DNA of 47,702 nt, from positions 1 through 47,702 of the forward strand of contig JAKSNM010000001.1 in the NCBI GenBank assembly GCA_024399785.1. The letters are read 5' to 3'. The translations under genes and the position numbers were made by a program. The notes below the pieces were generated by a model. The model was given only the letters and a program-made list of their open reading frames with translations, did no database searches and was not told where the DNA came from. Positions 1-10,461 of this stretch are shown one piece after another (position 1 is the stretch's first letter; every line of letters starts with the position of its first letter). This stretch comes from Paludibacteraceae bacterium. Its GTDB lineage: Bacteria > Bacteroidota > Bacteroidia > Bacteroidales > Paludibacteraceae.

Positions 1-685
1 TGGCCCACAGGTCTTCACGCAACTCGCGTGCTACGGGACCTATCTCTGCCCACTCGTCGTGCAGTTGTTGCAGGGCGCGAGAGGCTTCTATTATATTGGC
101 ATTGTCCTTCAGTTTTTCGGCTGCCTCACAGAGCAGGGTCTTTAGTTCCAGGTTCTTTTTGAAATCCAGGTCACGCAACTCGATATTGATCTTCACCAAA
201 TCGTAGAACTGCTCTTGGTACTGGTTATATTGTTTCCAGATCTCTTGTGCTTTGGGTGCGGGCACAGGACCTATGGTTTTCCACTCGGCTTGCAGTTCGC
301 GCACTTGTTTCATCTTGTCCATCACATCGGCGGTCTCCGACTCTGCCAACTCTTTCATTTGGGCAATGATATTCTCTTTGCGCAGCAGGTTTTGCTCCAT
401 TTCTTTCTCCTGCTCTTTTTGTATCTCGGCGCGTTTGGCTTTGTAGGAGGCAAGCATCTCACGGAAGGTCTGCTCAGCCTCGTCTAATACGGGCTGCCAA
501 TTGTCCAGCACTTCGCCTGCGGCAGCGGCTGCTTCCTCTGCGGCTTTTTTCAGGGCGGCTTGCTCTTCGTGATACTGACGATAGAACTTGTTTTTCAGCT
601 CTTCAACTTGTTCTTTTACTTCGGTTACATTCTGCTCCAGCAGTGTTTTCAACTCATCTACGAGTGCTTGTTTGTCGTTTGCCAT
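1..685 (-). CDS. DUF349 domain-containing protein (N-terminal part; the ORF runs off the left edge of the window)
   Basis: Absent from the ORF track because it is open at the window edge. The reverse strand from ATG 685-683 is stop-free to position 1 (MANDKQALVDELKTLLEQNV...). It contains recurring 'W..IGPV(P/A)....W..Y/F' helical repeats typical of DUF349. Confidence 0.75.
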   Translation of the reverse strand, partial: MANDKQALVDELKTLLEQNVTEVKEQVEELKNKFYRQYHEEQAALKKAAEEAAAAAGEVLDNWQPVLDEAEQTFREMLASYKAKRAEIQKEQEKEMEQNLLRKENIIAQMKELAESETADVMDKMKQVRELQAEWKTIGPVPAPKAQEIWKQYNQYQEQFYDLVKINIELRDLDFKKNLELKTLLCEAAEKLKDNANIIEASRALQQLHDEWAEIGPVARELREDLWA

Positions 686-733
686 ACTAGTTACGCCTTT
701 TGAGCGGGGTTCGTTAATAATTCTTTTGCGCTG

Positions 734-741
734 CAAAAGTA
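734..741 (-). promoter_or_regulatory. Bacteroidota -7 box (TACTTTTG) for the DUF349 gene
   Basis: CAAAAGTA on the plus strand equals TAnnTTTG on the minus strand, ~50 nt upstream of ATG 685. Confidence 0.5.
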
Positions 742-803
742 CTACTTTTTTTTGATATTTGCAAATTTTACGAAAAAAAATTGCATATGTGCAAAAATTT
801 TTG

Positions 804-811
804 TACCTTTG
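804..811 (+). promoter_or_regulatory. Bacteroidota -7 box (TACCTTTG) for pheT
   Basis: TAnnTTTG consensus preceded by an A/T-rich stretch with TTTG motifs; ~65 nt upstream of ATG 876. Confidence 0.55.
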
Positions 812-875
812 CGCGCTAATTGAGAAAAGAGGAGTAGGTGGGGGAAAAGAAGTTAGAAATAATTATTACAGAACA

Positions 876-3359
876 ATGAATATATCGTACAAATGGCTCA
901 AACGGTACATTGACCTGAAAGATGATGCCGAGACCGTAGCAAAAATCCTGACCAGCATGGGACTGGAGGTAGGAACAGTAGAGAAAGTAGAAAGTATACG
1001 TGGCGGACTAGAAGGCCTCGTGGTAGGGGAAGTGATCACCTGTGTGCCTCACCCCAATAGTGACCACCTGCATATCACCACCACCCGCATCGCCCCCAAC
1101 GAGGAACCTGTGCAAATAGTATGCGGCGCACCCAATGTGGCTGCGGGACAAAAAGTAATAGTGGCCACCATCGGCACCAAACTCTATTCGGGCGACGAGT
1201 GCTTCACCATAAAACGTGGCAAGATACGTGGCGAGGAGAGCCTGGGCATGATCTGCGCCGAAGACGAGATAGGCGTAGGCACCAGCCATGACGGCATTAT
1301 TGTGCTGCCCAACGACACCCCCGTAGGTATGCCTGCACGCGAGTATTATCACGTAGAGGACGACACCCTGATAGAAGTAGATATAACCCCCAACCGCAGC
1401 GATGGCGCCAGCCACTATGGCGTAGCACGAGACCTGTATGCACACTATTCGCTGTATAAAGGTTCAGAGGTTGAGTTGCACAAACCCGATGTGTCGGCAT
1501 TTAAAGTGCAAAGCAACGCCTTGCCTATAGCCGTATCGGTAGAGAATACAGAGGCTTGCCCACGCTATACGGGTGTGAGTATAAAAGGTGTAGCTGTAAA
1601 AGAGTCTCCCGATTGGCTCAAAACCGCCCTGCAAACGATTGGCCTGAGACCCATCAACAACATAGTAGATGCAACCAACTTTGTGCTGCACGAGATGGGA
1701 CAAGCCCTGCACGCTTTTGATGCAGACAAGATAAAAGGCAACCAAATAATTGTGAAAAACGCCATTGAGGGGCAGAAATTCACTACCCTGGACGGCATAG
1801 AACACACTATGTCGGCTGCCGATCTCATGATATGGAACGCTGAGCAACCAATGTGCATAGCTGGCGTGTTTGGTGGACTGGATAGTGGTGTTACGAACGA
1901 CACCCACAATATATTTCTAGAAAGTGCCTATTTCGACCCCGTCTGCATCCGCAAAACGGCGCGTCGTCACCAACTAAGCACCGATGCCAGCTTCCGCTAC
2001 GAGCGCGGCTGCGACCCCAATAATACCCTCTATGTGCTGCAACGCTGCGCCCTGCTAATACAAGAAATAGCAGGAGGCGAGATAGCTATGGAGGTAGTGG
2101 ACAAAGCGGCTGGCAGTTTCCCAGGTTTTGAGGTGGATCTGCAAGAAAAATATGTGAACAACTTGATAGGCAAACAACTAGGTGCCGAGACTATAGAGAC
2201 TATTCTGACAGCCCTCGAAATGGCGCACACGCGTGTAGAAGGCGGCTGGAAAGTGACGGTGCCTGCCTACCGCGTAGATGTGCAACGCCCCTGCGATGTG
2301 GTAGAGGATATTCTCCGTATATACGGCTACAACAATGTAGAGTTCCCCGAAAAACTCAACACCACGCTCAGCTATGGCAACAAACCCGACCCAGTGGCAC
2401 TGCAAGTCAAACTGTCGGAGCAACTGAGTGCACAAGGCTTTAACGAGATAATGAACAACTCACTCACCAAAGTGTCTTATTACCAAGGCGAGTGGCTGAA
2501 TAGTTGTGTCAAAATAAAGAACCCACTTAGTCAAGACCTGGGTGTGATGCGTCAAACCCTGCTATTTGGCGGATTGGAGAGCATACAACGCAATGTGAAC
2601 CGCAAACGTAGTGACTTGAAACTATATGAGTTTGGTCACTGCTATCACTTTGCCCCCAATGCCGAGGTATCAGAACCTATACAACAATATAGCGAGGAGC
2701 AACACTTGGGCATCTGGCTCACGGGCAACAAGACAAGCAAGAGCTGGGTGATAGGCAAACCCGAAAGCGTCTCTTTTTATCAACTGCATGCTTATGTTAA
2801 CAACCTGCTCAAACGCCTTGGTGTGAACATCGACAAAATACAGTTGGAGCCTGCTATCCTGCCAGAGGGAGAACCCTGCTGCGGCCTGGCCCAATGCTTC
2901 AGCGACGGACTGGTGCTAAAACAACCTAGCGGCGCTATTTTGGGCTATATCACTATCGTGGCTCCTGCACTATGCAAGCAGTTTGACATAGACACACCTG
3001 TCTATTTCGCCGATCTGTATTGGGAAACCCTGGTAAAAGCCAACAAACAGTATAAACCTGTGATAGAAGACCTGCCTAAGTTCCCCGCCGTAGAGCGTGA
3101 CTTTGCACTATTGGTGAACAAAGAGGTTCGCTTTGCTGACCTACAGAAAGTGGCCAAAGAGGTTGAGAAAAAACTGCTCAAGAGCGTTACGCTATTTGAC
3201 GTGTATGAGGGCAAGAACCTGGAGGAAGGCAAGAAGAGCTATGCCCTTCACTTTGTGCTGCAAGACAAAGAGGACACCCTCAAAGATAAGCAAATAGAAA
3301 ATATAATGAGTCGTTTACAAAAAGCCTTTGAGGAGAAATTCGATGCCAAACTTCGTTGA
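876..3359 (+). CDS. pheT: phenylalanine--tRNA ligase beta subunit
   Basis: ORF 759-3359. Start moved to ATG 876 ([14 protein letters not shown]..., the canonical PheT N-terminus) because the upstream extension runs through the promoter box. The length (~827 aa) fits PheT; domain order was not checked. Confidence 0.93.
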   Translation: MNISYKWLKRYIDLKDDAETVAKILTSMGLEVGTVEKVESIRGGLEGLVVGEVITCVPHPNSDHLHITTTRIAPNEEPVQIVCGAPNVAAGQKVIVATIGTKLYSGDECFTIKRGKIRGEESLGMICAEDEIGVGTSHDGIIVLPNDTPVGMPAREYYHVEDDTLIEVDITPNRSDGASHYGVARDLYAHYSLYKGSEVELHKPDVSAFKVQSNALPIAVSVENTEACPRYTGVSIKGVAVKESPDWLKTALQTIGLRPINNIVDATNFVLHEMGQALHAFDADKIKGNQIIVKNAIEGQKFTTLDGIEHTMSAADLMIWNAEQPMCIAGVFGGLDSGVTNDTHNIFLESAYFDPVCIRKTARRHQLSTDASFRYERGCDPNNTLYVLQRCALLIQEIAGGEIAMEVVDKAAGSFPGFEVDLQEKYVNNLIGKQLGAETIETILTALEMAHTRVEGGWKVTVPAYRVDVQRPCDVVEDILRIYGYNNVEFPEKLNTTLSYGNKPDPVALQVKLSEQLSAQGFNEIMNNSLTKVSYYQGEWLNSCVKIKNPLSQDLGVMRQTLLFGGLESIQRNVNRKRSDLKLYEFGHCYHFAPNAEVSEPIQQYSEEQHLGIWLTGNKTSKSWVIGKPESVSFYQLHAYVNNLLKRLGVNIDKIQLEPAILPEGEPCCGLAQCFSDGLVLKQPSGAILGYITIVAPALCKQFDIDTPVYFADLYWETLVKANKQYKPVIEDLPKFPAVERDFALLVNKEVRFADLQKVAKEVEKKLLKSVTLFDVYEGKNLEEGKKSYALHFVLQDKEDTLKDKQIENIMSRLQKAFEEKFDAKLR

Positions 3360-4851
3360 TGAAATACACCGTCGCCGCACCTTTGCGATAATCTCGCACC
3401 CCGATGCTGGTAAAACAACACTGACCGAGAAACTGCTGCTATACGGCGGCGCTATTCACGTAGCAGGGGCTGTAAAATCGAACAAGATAAAGAAAACAGC
3501 CACCAGCGACTGGATGGAAATAGAAAAACAACGTGGCATATCGGTAGCGACATCCGTGATGGGCTTCGACTACTGGAGAGCCTCTGGAGGCGATAATTCT
3601 ACGATTTATCACATTAATATACTGGATACCCCGGGTCACCAAGACTTTGCGGAGGACACGTTTCGTACGCTGACAGCCGTAGATAGTGTGATCATCGTAA
3701 TAGATAGTGCCAAAGGTGTAGAGACCCAAACACGCCGACTGATGGAGGTTTGCCGCATGCGCAAAACGCCCGTTATGGTCTTTATGAACAAGATGGACCG
3801 CGAGGGTAAAGACCCCTTTGACCTGATGGACGATGTGGAAAAAGAACTCGGTATCAGCGTGACGCCTATCACATGGACCGACGGACAAGGACTGAAATTC
3901 ACCAAGTCGTATTTCCTCAATAGTGACGAGGCCCAAACGCTACCCAGCGAAACGCAGGACCTGTTGTCTATCTACCCTGAGTTTGACGAGCAGGCCTATC
4001 TGGATGGCAACCTGGCGCCCGTGTTCTACGGCAGCGCCTATAAGACGATTGGCGTGCAAGAACTGCTGGACTTCTTTGTGGAGCATGCCCCGTCGCCCCG
4101 CGCCATAGAGGCGATGGAACGACGCGTAGATCCTCTGGAAGAAAAATTCACAGGTTTCTGCTTTAAGATACACGCCAATATGGACCCTAACCACCGCAGT
4201 TGCATTGCTTTCTTTAAGATATGCAGCGGTCGTTTCGAGCGAAATGTCTATTATAAACATGTCCGCAAAGACCAGCAAATGCGTTTCTCTGCGCCCACAT
4301 GCTTTATGGCGCAGAAGAAAGAAACAGTAGATGAGGCATTTGCAGGCGATATAGTCGGCTTGCCCGATACGGGTAATTTCAAGATTGGCGATACGCTCAC
4401 CAGTGGCGAGAACCTGCATTTCAAAGGCTTGCCCTCTTTCTCACCAGAGATGTTCAAATACATAGAGAATGCAGACCCGATGAAGCAAAAACAACTCGAC
4501 AAGGGCGTTCACCAGCTCATGGACGAGGGCGTAGCGCAGTTGTTCGTCAGCCAAATGAACGGTCGCAAGATCATCGGCACGGTGGGACAACTGCAATTTG
4601 AGGTGATTCAATACCGCTTGGAGCATGAATACAATGCCAAGTGCCGTTGGGAGAATATGGCGATGTATAAAGCCTGCTGGGTGGAGAGCGACGATGAGGA
4701 AGAGCTACGCACTTTCAAAACCCGCAAGGCACAGTATATGGCCTTTGACAAAGAGGGCAGGGATGTCTTTATGGCCGATAGTGCCTATATCTTGAACATG
4801 GCGCAAAACGATTATCCACATATTAAATTCCACTTTACAAGTGAGTTCTAA
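3343..4851 (+). CDS. prfC: peptide chain release factor 3 (GTPase)
   Basis: [26 protein letters not shown] (G1), DTPGHQDF (G3), NKMD (G4). Overlaps the pheT stop by 17 nt. Confidence 0.93.
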   Translation: MPNFVDEIHRRRTFAIISHPDAGKTTLTEKLLLYGGAIHVAGAVKSNKIKKTATSDWMEIEKQRGISVATSVMGFDYWRASGGDNSTIYHINILDTPGHQDFAEDTFRTLTAVDSVIIVIDSAKGVETQTRRLMEVCRMRKTPVMVFMNKMDREGKDPFDLMDDVEKELGISVTPITWTDGQGLKFTKSYFLNSDEAQTLPSETQDLLSIYPEFDEQAYLDGNLAPVFYGSAYKTIGVQELLDFFVEHAPSPRAIEAMERRVDPLEEKFTGFCFKIHANMDPNHRSCIAFFKICSGRFERNVYYKHVRKDQQMRFSAPTCFMAQKKETVDEAFAGDIVGLPDTGNFKIGDTLTSGENLHFKGLPSFSPEMFKYIENADPMKQKQLDKGVHQLMDEGVAQLFVSQMNGRKIIGTVGQLQFEVIQYRLEHEYNAKCRWENMAMYKACWVESDDEEELRTFKTRKAQYMAFDKEGRDVFMADSAYILNMAQNDYPHIKFHFTSEF

Positions 4852-4854
4852 AAG

Positions 4855-4901
4855 GTTTAGACGCTTCGCTGTTTAGAGGTTTAGACGCTTCGCTGTTTAG
4901 A
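4855..4901. repeat. 2 tandem copies (24-bp period) of GTTTAGACGCTTCGCTGTTTAGA
   Basis: Copies at 4855-4877 and 4879-4901, read directly. Starts 3 nt after the prfC stop. Confidence 0.9.
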
Positions 4902-4909
4902 TAGAGAGT

Positions 4910-5281
4910 ATGCATACATATAGTTTTGAAAAAATGGAAGTTTGGCAAGATGCTAGAGAATATACACGCCAAATATATATATTAGCAAGAAAATTTCCTG
5001 CGGAGGAGAAATTTGGACTAATTCCCCAAATTCAAAGAGCGGCAGTTTCTATTCCTTCAAATATAGCAGAAGGCAGTGGACGCCCTTTTGAAAAAGAACA
5101 ACTGAAATTCTATGGAATAGCATATGGGTCACTTATGGAAACTATTGCGCAACTTTTTTTAGCCGTTGATTTTGGATATATAAAAGAGGAAGATTTGAAT
5201 ACGATACGGCCACTTGCCGATAAAATAAGTGCAAAACTCAGTATCTTGCGTAAGAATATTGTCAATAAGATGGATAAATAA
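4910..5281 (+). CDS. four-helix-bundle protein (23S rRNA intervening-sequence protein / Avd-like family)
   Basis: Typical N-terminus 'F.F.K..VWQ.A......IY......P..EK..L..Q..RA..SI..NIAEG' and ~120 aa length. Confidence 0.8.
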   Translation: MHTYSFEKMEVWQDAREYTRQIYILARKFPAEEKFGLIPQIQRAAVSIPSNIAEGSGRPFEKEQLKFYGIAYGSLMETIAQLFLAVDFGYIKEEDLNTIRPLADKISAKLSILRKNIVNKMDK

Positions 5282-5287
5282 AATTTA

Positions 5288-6616
5288 ATGAATATGAAAA
5301 ATTTAAAATTTAGACTCATCGTCATGAACTTTCTTGAGTTCGCTGTGTGGGGCTCGTATTTGTGTTGTCTAGGGCAATTTTTAGGTAAGGTAGGATGGGG
5401 AGAATATATCTCTTGGTTTTACATTGCACAAGGTGTGGTTAGTATTTTTATGCCTGCCATCATGGGTGCTGTATCTGACAAGTTTATTCAACCGCAGCGA
5501 TTGCTAGGACTTAGTCACTTATTGGCTGCGGCTTTTATGTTGGTAGCAGGATATGTCGGTTATAATGCGTCACTATCGGTAGTTGATGGTATGCAACCTA
5601 TGAGTATTTGGACAATTTTTATACCTTATTGCCTTAGTGTGGCATTCTTTATGCCGACTATTGCGATATCTAATACAGTGGCCTTTGATATTCTGAAACG
5701 TAATGAAATGGATACGGTTAAAGATTTTCCTCCTATTCGTGTGTTTGGTACAGTAGGTTTTATTGCAGCAATGTGGTTTGTTAACTTTGTAAAGGTTGGT
5801 CAAGATTTAGCAGCACAGTTTACCTATATGCAATTGCTTATTTGCGGAGCATTTGGAATGCTGTTGGGTGTGTATGCTTTTACATTACCAGAATGCCCGT
5901 TGCATAAAGCAGAAGAAGGAGAACAGAAGACTTTGGCACAGCGTTTGGGCTTGGATGCTTTTGTGTTGTTTAAGGATAAGAATATGGCATTATTCTTTAT
6001 CTTTTGTATGTTATTGGGGGTCAGCCTGCAAATTACCAATGGATATGCGACTTCATACATCAATAGTTTTGCTGCTGTTTCTGATAGTTGGTTTGCTCAA
6101 AATCCGACTATGTTAATTTCTGTTAGCCAAATTTGTGAAGCTTGTTGCATCTTGTTGATTCCGTTCTTTATGAAAAGATTTGGCATTAAAAAGGTGATGC
6201 TGATAGCTATGGTTGCGTGGTTTTTACGTTTTGGACTTTTTGGCATTGGTTCAACCGAAAGTGTTGGTGGTATTATTTGCTTATTCCTCAGTTGTATTGT
6301 TTACGGAGTGGCTTTTGATTTCTTTAATGTCAGTGGGGCATTGTTTGTGGAAAAAGAAGCACCAGCTCCTATGCGTGGTAGTGCACAAGGATTATTTATG
6401 CTCATGACTAATGGTATAGGCGCATCCGTAGGTACGTGGATTGCTGGAATGATTGTTTCACATTTTTGTGAGTGGAGTGCGGAAGGTTATTTAGTAGCGA
6501 GAGATGGTGTCAATGGTGGTTGGTTTGCTACTTGGGGCATTTTTGCGATGTATGCTTTGGTAGTTGCCATCATGTTTGCTATTTTATTCAAATACAAACA
6601 CGAGATGGAAAAATAA
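5288..6616 (+). CDS. MFS nucleoside:H+ symporter family permease
   Basis: 442 aa with ~12 predicted TM segments. The N-terminus 'KFRLIVMNFLEFAVWGSYL' resembles the NupG/XapB-type nucleoside permease family. Confidence 0.7.
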   Translation: MNMKNLKFRLIVMNFLEFAVWGSYLCCLGQFLGKVGWGEYISWFYIAQGVVSIFMPAIMGAVSDKFIQPQRLLGLSHLLAAAFMLVAGYVGYNASLSVVDGMQPMSIWTIFIPYCLSVAFFMPTIAISNTVAFDILKRNEMDTVKDFPPIRVFGTVGFIAAMWFVNFVKVGQDLAAQFTYMQLLICGAFGMLLGVYAFTLPECPLHKAEEGEQKTLAQRLGLDAFVLFKDKNMALFFIFCMLLGVSLQITNGYATSYINSFAAVSDSWFAQNPTMLISVSQICEACCILLIPFFMKRFGIKKVMLIAMVAWFLRFGLFGIGSTESVGGIICLFLSCIVYGVAFDFFNVSGALFVEKEAPAPMRGSAQGLFMLMTNGIGASVGTWIAGMIVSHFCEWSAEGYLVARDGVNGGWFATWGIFAMYALVVAIMFAILFKYKHEMEK

Positions 6617-6617
6617 A

Positions 6618-6712
6618 TCTAAACAGCGCAGCGTCTAAACATTAAACAGCGCAGCGTCTAAACATTAAACAGCGCAGCGTCTAAACATTAAACAGCGCAG
6701 CGTCTAAACATT
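6618..6712. repeat. 4 tandem copies (23-bp period) of AAACAGCGCAGCGTCTAAACATT
   Basis: Fills almost the whole spacer between the permease stop (6614-6616) and the next ATG (6718). Opposite orientation to the 4855-4901 array. Confidence 0.9.
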
Positions 6713-6717
6713 TATCC

Positions 6718-7383
6718 ATGTTCCGTAAAGAATTAGCATATTATTTTTCGACCCCGATAGCTTATATCGTGATAGGCTTGTATTTGGTAGCGGTCAGCCT
6801 CATGCTGTGGGTTATACCTGGCGAGTGGAATATTATCGATAGTGGCTATGCCGATTTGAGAGGCATGTTTCAAATGAGTCCGTGGCTGTTGCTACTGCTG
6901 TGCCCGGCACTCACGATGCGCCTCTTTGCCGAGGAAAAACAGTCAGGTATGTGGGATTTGCTTCGCGCTAAAAAAGTGCAGGTTTACCGCATGGTGCTGG
7001 CGAAGTATTTTGCAGCCTGGTTGCTCACTCTGTTGGCTATCTTGCCCTGTATCATACACTATGTGGTGGTTTACCGCTTGGCCGAACCAGTGGGCAATGT
7101 AGATGGGGGACAGTTCGCAGGCAGTTTGATAGGACTATGTTTTATCAGCATGGTTTTTACGGCTTTGGGCTTAATGACAGCTACGCTGAGCCGTAACCAG
7201 ATTGTGTGCTATGTCTTGGGAGTAGTGCTATGCTTCGCACTCTATTGGATCACTATACAAGCCCATTACCAAAGCATCAGCCGCGGAGTAGTTGATGTGC
7301 GTGATGTTGGCTTTTTGTTCGGCATCAGTGCCGTGGCATTGGCCCTGACGGCTTTTTTGGCTCGTAAGATAGGGACGAAGTGA
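6718..7383 (+). CDS. gldF: ABC-2 type transporter permease, GldF-like
   Basis: N-terminal 'KE...YF.SPIAY.VI..YL....L.LW......NI.DSGYADL...F..SPW..L.L.PA.TMR.F.EE...G' closely parallels Flavobacterium GldF. No gldG gene follows. Confidence 0.6.
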   Translation: MFRKELAYYFSTPIAYIVIGLYLVAVSLMLWVIPGEWNIIDSGYADLRGMFQMSPWLLLLLCPALTMRLFAEEKQSGMWDLLRAKKVQVYRMVLAKYFAAWLLTLLAILPCIIHYVVVYRLAEPVGNVDGGQFAGSLIGLCFISMVFTALGLMTATLSRNQIVCYVLGVVLCFALYWITIQAHYQSISRGVVDVRDVGFLFGISAVALALTAFLARKIGTK

Positions 7384-7388
7384 GTCTG

Positions 7389-7808
7389 TTACTTTTTCTG
7401 TGCATACGTGAGCGCAAAAAGGCGCATCTGTTGCAGCATAGCGTTTAGACCATTGGTGCGAGTAGGGGAGAGATGCTCGCGCAGTTGAATATCGTCGATG
7501 AAATGCAGGTTCGCATCTACAATCTCTTGTGGTGTGTGTCCTGAAAGTACGCGTATCAGTAGGGCAACAATACCTTTTACCAAGATAGCATCGCTGTCAC
7601 CGTGATAGATGATGTGCCCGTCTTTATATTCGCACGTAAACCACACCTTCGACTGACAGCCATCTATGAGGTTCTTGTCTGTTTTATCTTGTTCTGGAAA
7701 AGGAGCGAGACCGTTGCCGTACTCAATCAGCAGGGAGTAGCGGTCCATCCAGTCGTCAAACGAGGAAAACTCCTCGATTATTTCGTTTTGTACTTCTTCT
7801 ATACACAT
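7389..7808 (-). CDS. sufE: SufE-family sulfur acceptor protein
   Basis: 139 aa with the '...GCQS.VW...' active-site cysteine motif and SufE-like length. Confidence 0.85.
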   Translation of the reverse strand: MCIEEVQNEIIEEFSSFDDWMDRYSLLIEYGNGLAPFPEQDKTDKNLIDGCQSKVWFTCEYKDGHIIYHGDSDAILVKGIVALLIRVLSGHTPQEIVDANLHFIDDIQLREHLSPTRTNGLNAMLQQMRLFALTYAQKK

Positions 7809-7818
7809 ATTAGAAATG

Positions 7819-8358
7819 TTAGGACAATGTTAGGACTTTATCACATATTTGTTCTGCAATTATTTCATCTGCCTCTAGCACAAAGCCTGGGGCGTCTATT
7901 ATATAGTCGGCTTGGGCATAAAAAGGTTCACGGGCTGCCAATTGAGATCGCACAAAGGCTAATAATTCTTCTTTGCTTCGCCCTTGCAGCACGGGTCGAG
8001 TACTTAAATCGGTCAACATAAGGCGACTAACCAGGTCCTCTGCTGTCCAACGCAGATATAGGGAAGTGCCTAACTCTTTCAAACAATCCATATTATCCTC
8101 ATAACAGGGATAACCTCCGCCTGTGGCATATACCACATTTTCATAGGGTGACATGTCGGCAATATCTTCCAACACGTATTTTTCCTTAATCCGAAAATCA
8201 TCTATGCCATATTGGCGAATATAGTCCGCCGTACTCAGACCATGTATCTCCTCAAACGCTTCGTCCAGATCCACGAAGTGCCAGCCCAGTCGCTCTGCCA
8301 GCAGACGCCCTACGGTAGTTTTGCCTGCTGCCATGTATCCGATTAAATAGATAGGCAT
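7819..8358 (-). CDS. aroK: shikimate kinase
   Basis: MPIYLIGYMAAGKTTVGRLLA (P-loop), '..D.D..' and ~175 aa length. Confidence 0.9.
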   Translation of the reverse strand: MPIYLIGYMAAGKTTVGRLLAERLGWHFVDLDEAFEEIHGLSTADYIRQYGIDDFRIKEKYVLEDIADMSPYENVVYATGGGYPCYEDNMDCLKELGTSLYLRWTAEDLVSRLMLTDLSTRPVLQGRSKEELLAFVRSQLAAREPFYAQADYIIDAPGFVLEADEIIAEQICDKVLTLS

Positions 8359-8359
8359 A

Positions 8360-8680
8360 TTAGTTTAGAGGTTTAGACGCTTCGCTGTTTAGAGCGTTTT
8401 TTTCTTCGTTATCCAATAGCTCAGGCGTGTTGTCGCGCCAGCGCAGTTGTTGTTCTTCAAAATAGGCCTCAGGAAATACGGCAGTGCTATCTCCTGTCAG
8501 GGTGTTTACCAACTGCCACACCTTATTATCTATCGCGTACACGCGCGCGACGGACGAACAGATAGGTGCACAAATCGTGGTGATTACCGTGGCCGTGTCG
8601 CCCTGTATTAGCGTGTCTTTATGCACGGTAGTAGGAGACAGCGCGCTTAATAGTACAAGCATGTTTACCAAACACAACAT
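8360..8680 (-). CDS. hypothetical small exported protein
   Basis: Hydrophobic N-terminus (MLVLLSALSP). The last ~10 codons (..LNSEASKPLN) are encoded by the dispersed repeat at 8363-8393. No recognisable family. Confidence 0.4.
   Translation of the reverse strand: MLCLVNMLVLLSALSPTTVHKDTLIQGDTATVITTICAPICSSVARVYAIDNKVWQLVNTLTGDSTAVFPEAYFEEQQLRWRDNTPELLDNEEKNALNSEASKPLN
8363..8393. repeat. dispersed repeat copy (partial GTTTAGAG + GTTTAGACGCTTCGCTGTTTAGA)
   Basis: Read directly. Lies between the aroK ATG (8358) and the body of the upstream ORF. Confidence 0.85.
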
Positions 8681-8683
8681 GAT

Positions 8684-9169
8684 TTAGCATTTTTCGATTA
8701 AACATACTGCGTACGCAGCTATTCCCTCTTTTCTTCCTACAAAGCCCAGATGCTCGGTAGTGGTGGCTTTTACGCTCACCTGATTTAGTTGCACGTGCAT
8801 TACGTCAGCCAAGCATTGCTGCATCGGCTCTATATAAGGCGCCAACTTAGGGGTTTGGGCTGCTATGGTGATGTCGCAGTTCACCAGTTGATAATGCTGC
8901 TCTGCCAAAAGAGTCATCACGCGCCCGAGCAATATCTTACTATCGATGCCCTCGTATTCATTGCCTTTGGTATCAGGGAAATGATAGCCTATGTCGCGCA
9001 AGGCAGCGGCACCCAATAGGGCGTCACACAGGGCGTGTATAGCCACATCGGCATCTGAGTGACCGAGCAGCCCCAATTCAGATGGTACCTCAATTCCCCC
9101 CAACCACAGTGGGCGGTCAGGGGTGAATTGATGCACATCGTATCCAAATCCAATACGTGTATTGGTCAT
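8684..9169 (-). CDS. ispF: 2-C-methyl-D-erythritol 2,4-cyclodiphosphate synthase
   Basis: 'RIGFGYDVH.F......L.LGG...P....L.GHSDADV..HAL.DALLGA' is the signature IspF N-terminus. Confidence 0.95.
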   Translation of the reverse strand: MTNTRIGFGYDVHQFTPDRPLWLGGIEVPSELGLLGHSDADVAIHALCDALLGAAALRDIGYHFPDTKGNEYEGIDSKILLGRVMTLLAEQHYQLVNCDITIAAQTPKLAPYIEPMQQCLADVMHVQLNQVSVKATTTEHLGFVGRKEGIAAYAVCLIEKC

Positions 9170-9172
9170 AGT

Positions 9173-10378
9173 TTATCGTTTGTTGTTCACTAGGTCTTTG
9201 ATGCCAGCCAGGTCAAATCCAAGGGTGAAACGCATAGTCTGGTCAAGAGGGTTGGAGGCTGCGGTAGCGATACAGTAGGCTACATCGAAGCGAACGATAG
9301 ACAGTTTGAAACCAGCACCCAGGGTTACATAACGGCGGTTACCTTTCATTTTGTCTTCGTGGCTATAACCTACGCGGCCAAAGAACTGACGGTTGTAGCT
9401 ATATTCCAAACCTACACCCCAGCGCATCTCGTTAAACTCCTCTTTGGCTCCACCAGGAGCGTCGTTGAAACTTTGGAACCAACCTTTGGGTGAAGATACT
9501 TTGGAATATTCCTGTTGGTCTTTGGTGTTCCATTTATGATCTACCTCGTCGTCGGTGTACATAGAGTAGGTGCTGGGCACCAGCAGACGGTCACACTCGA
9601 CAGAAGCCATCAATCGGTTGTAGTTATCAAACGGAATCTCGTAGCTAACGCCCAAACGCATACGGGCAGGGATAAAGTTAGAGGTCACGTTTTTGTCGTA
9701 ACTCATCTTACCGCCCAGGTTAGACAGGATGAAACCCAAAGCGAAGTGGCTGGTACCCATCGGCAGCTCAATAGGTTGACGGTAGTACAACGATACATCG
9801 GCTGCAAAGGTCCAAGCGGGGTACATCTCTTTGCTCTCGCCACCTTGACCAGAGTAGTTGATGCCGTTGTTCAAATCCGAATACATGAAACGCAAGGTAG
9901 CTGCCATAGACACATATTCGTGTAACTTACGGGAGTAGGCTACGTCCAACGACCACTCGTTTGGTTTGGCAGTGGCATATACCGAAGACTGTGCAGCGCC
10001 GTTAAACTCGTCGGTGATCAGGCTTACCTCACCCATTGAGAAATAGGTAAACGAAGCCGAGATAGCCTGCTTGTCGTCAAAACGGTAGAAACCTGCCAAA
10101 TAGGCCAAATCAATGTCGTTGACCAATTTGCGCAGCCAAGGAGTGTAGGAGGCAGATATACCGCCTTTGTCCTCGATAAAGGGATACTTGGCAGCGTTCC
10201 AGAACTGTGAGTTCATGTCCGCAGTGGTAGCTGCACCTATGTCACCCATACCAGCTCCGTGTGCATCGGGAGCAATCGTGAGGGCAGGCATAGCAGTAAT
10301 GATTGGGTTCACATCATAGGCCCAAGAGTTGAGCGATAGTGCGACTAGTGCCGTAAGGCTTAAAAAAATCTTTTTCAT
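9173..10378 (-). CDS. porV: type IX secretion system outer-membrane protein PorV (LptO)
   Basis: Signal peptide plus 'LTIAPDAHGAGMGDIGAAT..D.NS.FWN.AKY.F' (PorV signature). Adjacent to porU. Confidence 0.88.
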   Translation of the reverse strand: MKKIFLSLTALVALSLNSWAYDVNPIITAMPALTIAPDAHGAGMGDIGAATTADMNSQFWNAAKYPFIEDKGGISASYTPWLRKLVNDIDLAYLAGFYRFDDKQAISASFTYFSMGEVSLITDEFNGAAQSSVYATAKPNEWSLDVAYSRKLHEYVSMAATLRFMYSDLNNGINYSGQGGESKEMYPAWTFAADVSLYYRQPIELPMGTSHFALGFILSNLGGKMSYDKNVTSNFIPARMRLGVSYEIPFDNYNRLMASVECDRLLVPSTYSMYTDDEVDHKWNTKDQQEYSKVSSPKGWFQSFNDAPGGAKEEFNEMRWGVGLEYSYNRQFFGRVGYSHEDKMKGNRRYVTLGAGFKLSIVRFDVAYCIATAASNPLDQTMRFTLGFDLAGIKDLVNNKR

Positions 10379-10461
10379 ATTCCAATAAATTTATTAATAA
10401 TAAAACTACATTTTCAAGAAAAATTCATTTTAGATTTGTGTCATAGGCAATCAAATGGGGA

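Noticed and set aside
215-487. Two plus-strand ORFs (90 and 64 aa) at the left edge.
   Set aside because: They lie antisense to a continuous, stop-free, clearly DUF349-like minus-strand frame and have Leu/Phe/Gly-rich shadow-ORF composition.
759-875. N-terminal extensions offered by the ORF track for pheT. The same issue applies to pheS (20044-20121), DUF177 (27710-27781), the LptD-like gene (19216-19344), porU (13888-14082) and MNT (46942-46974).
   Set aside because: The extensions run through TAnnTTTG promoter boxes or into upstream genes. The internal ATGs give canonical N-termini or signal peptides.
6618-6712. The 4 x 23-bp repeat array as a possible CRISPR array.
   Set aside because: The units are contiguous with no unique spacers, no cas genes are present, and the same unit is scattered singly elsewhere.
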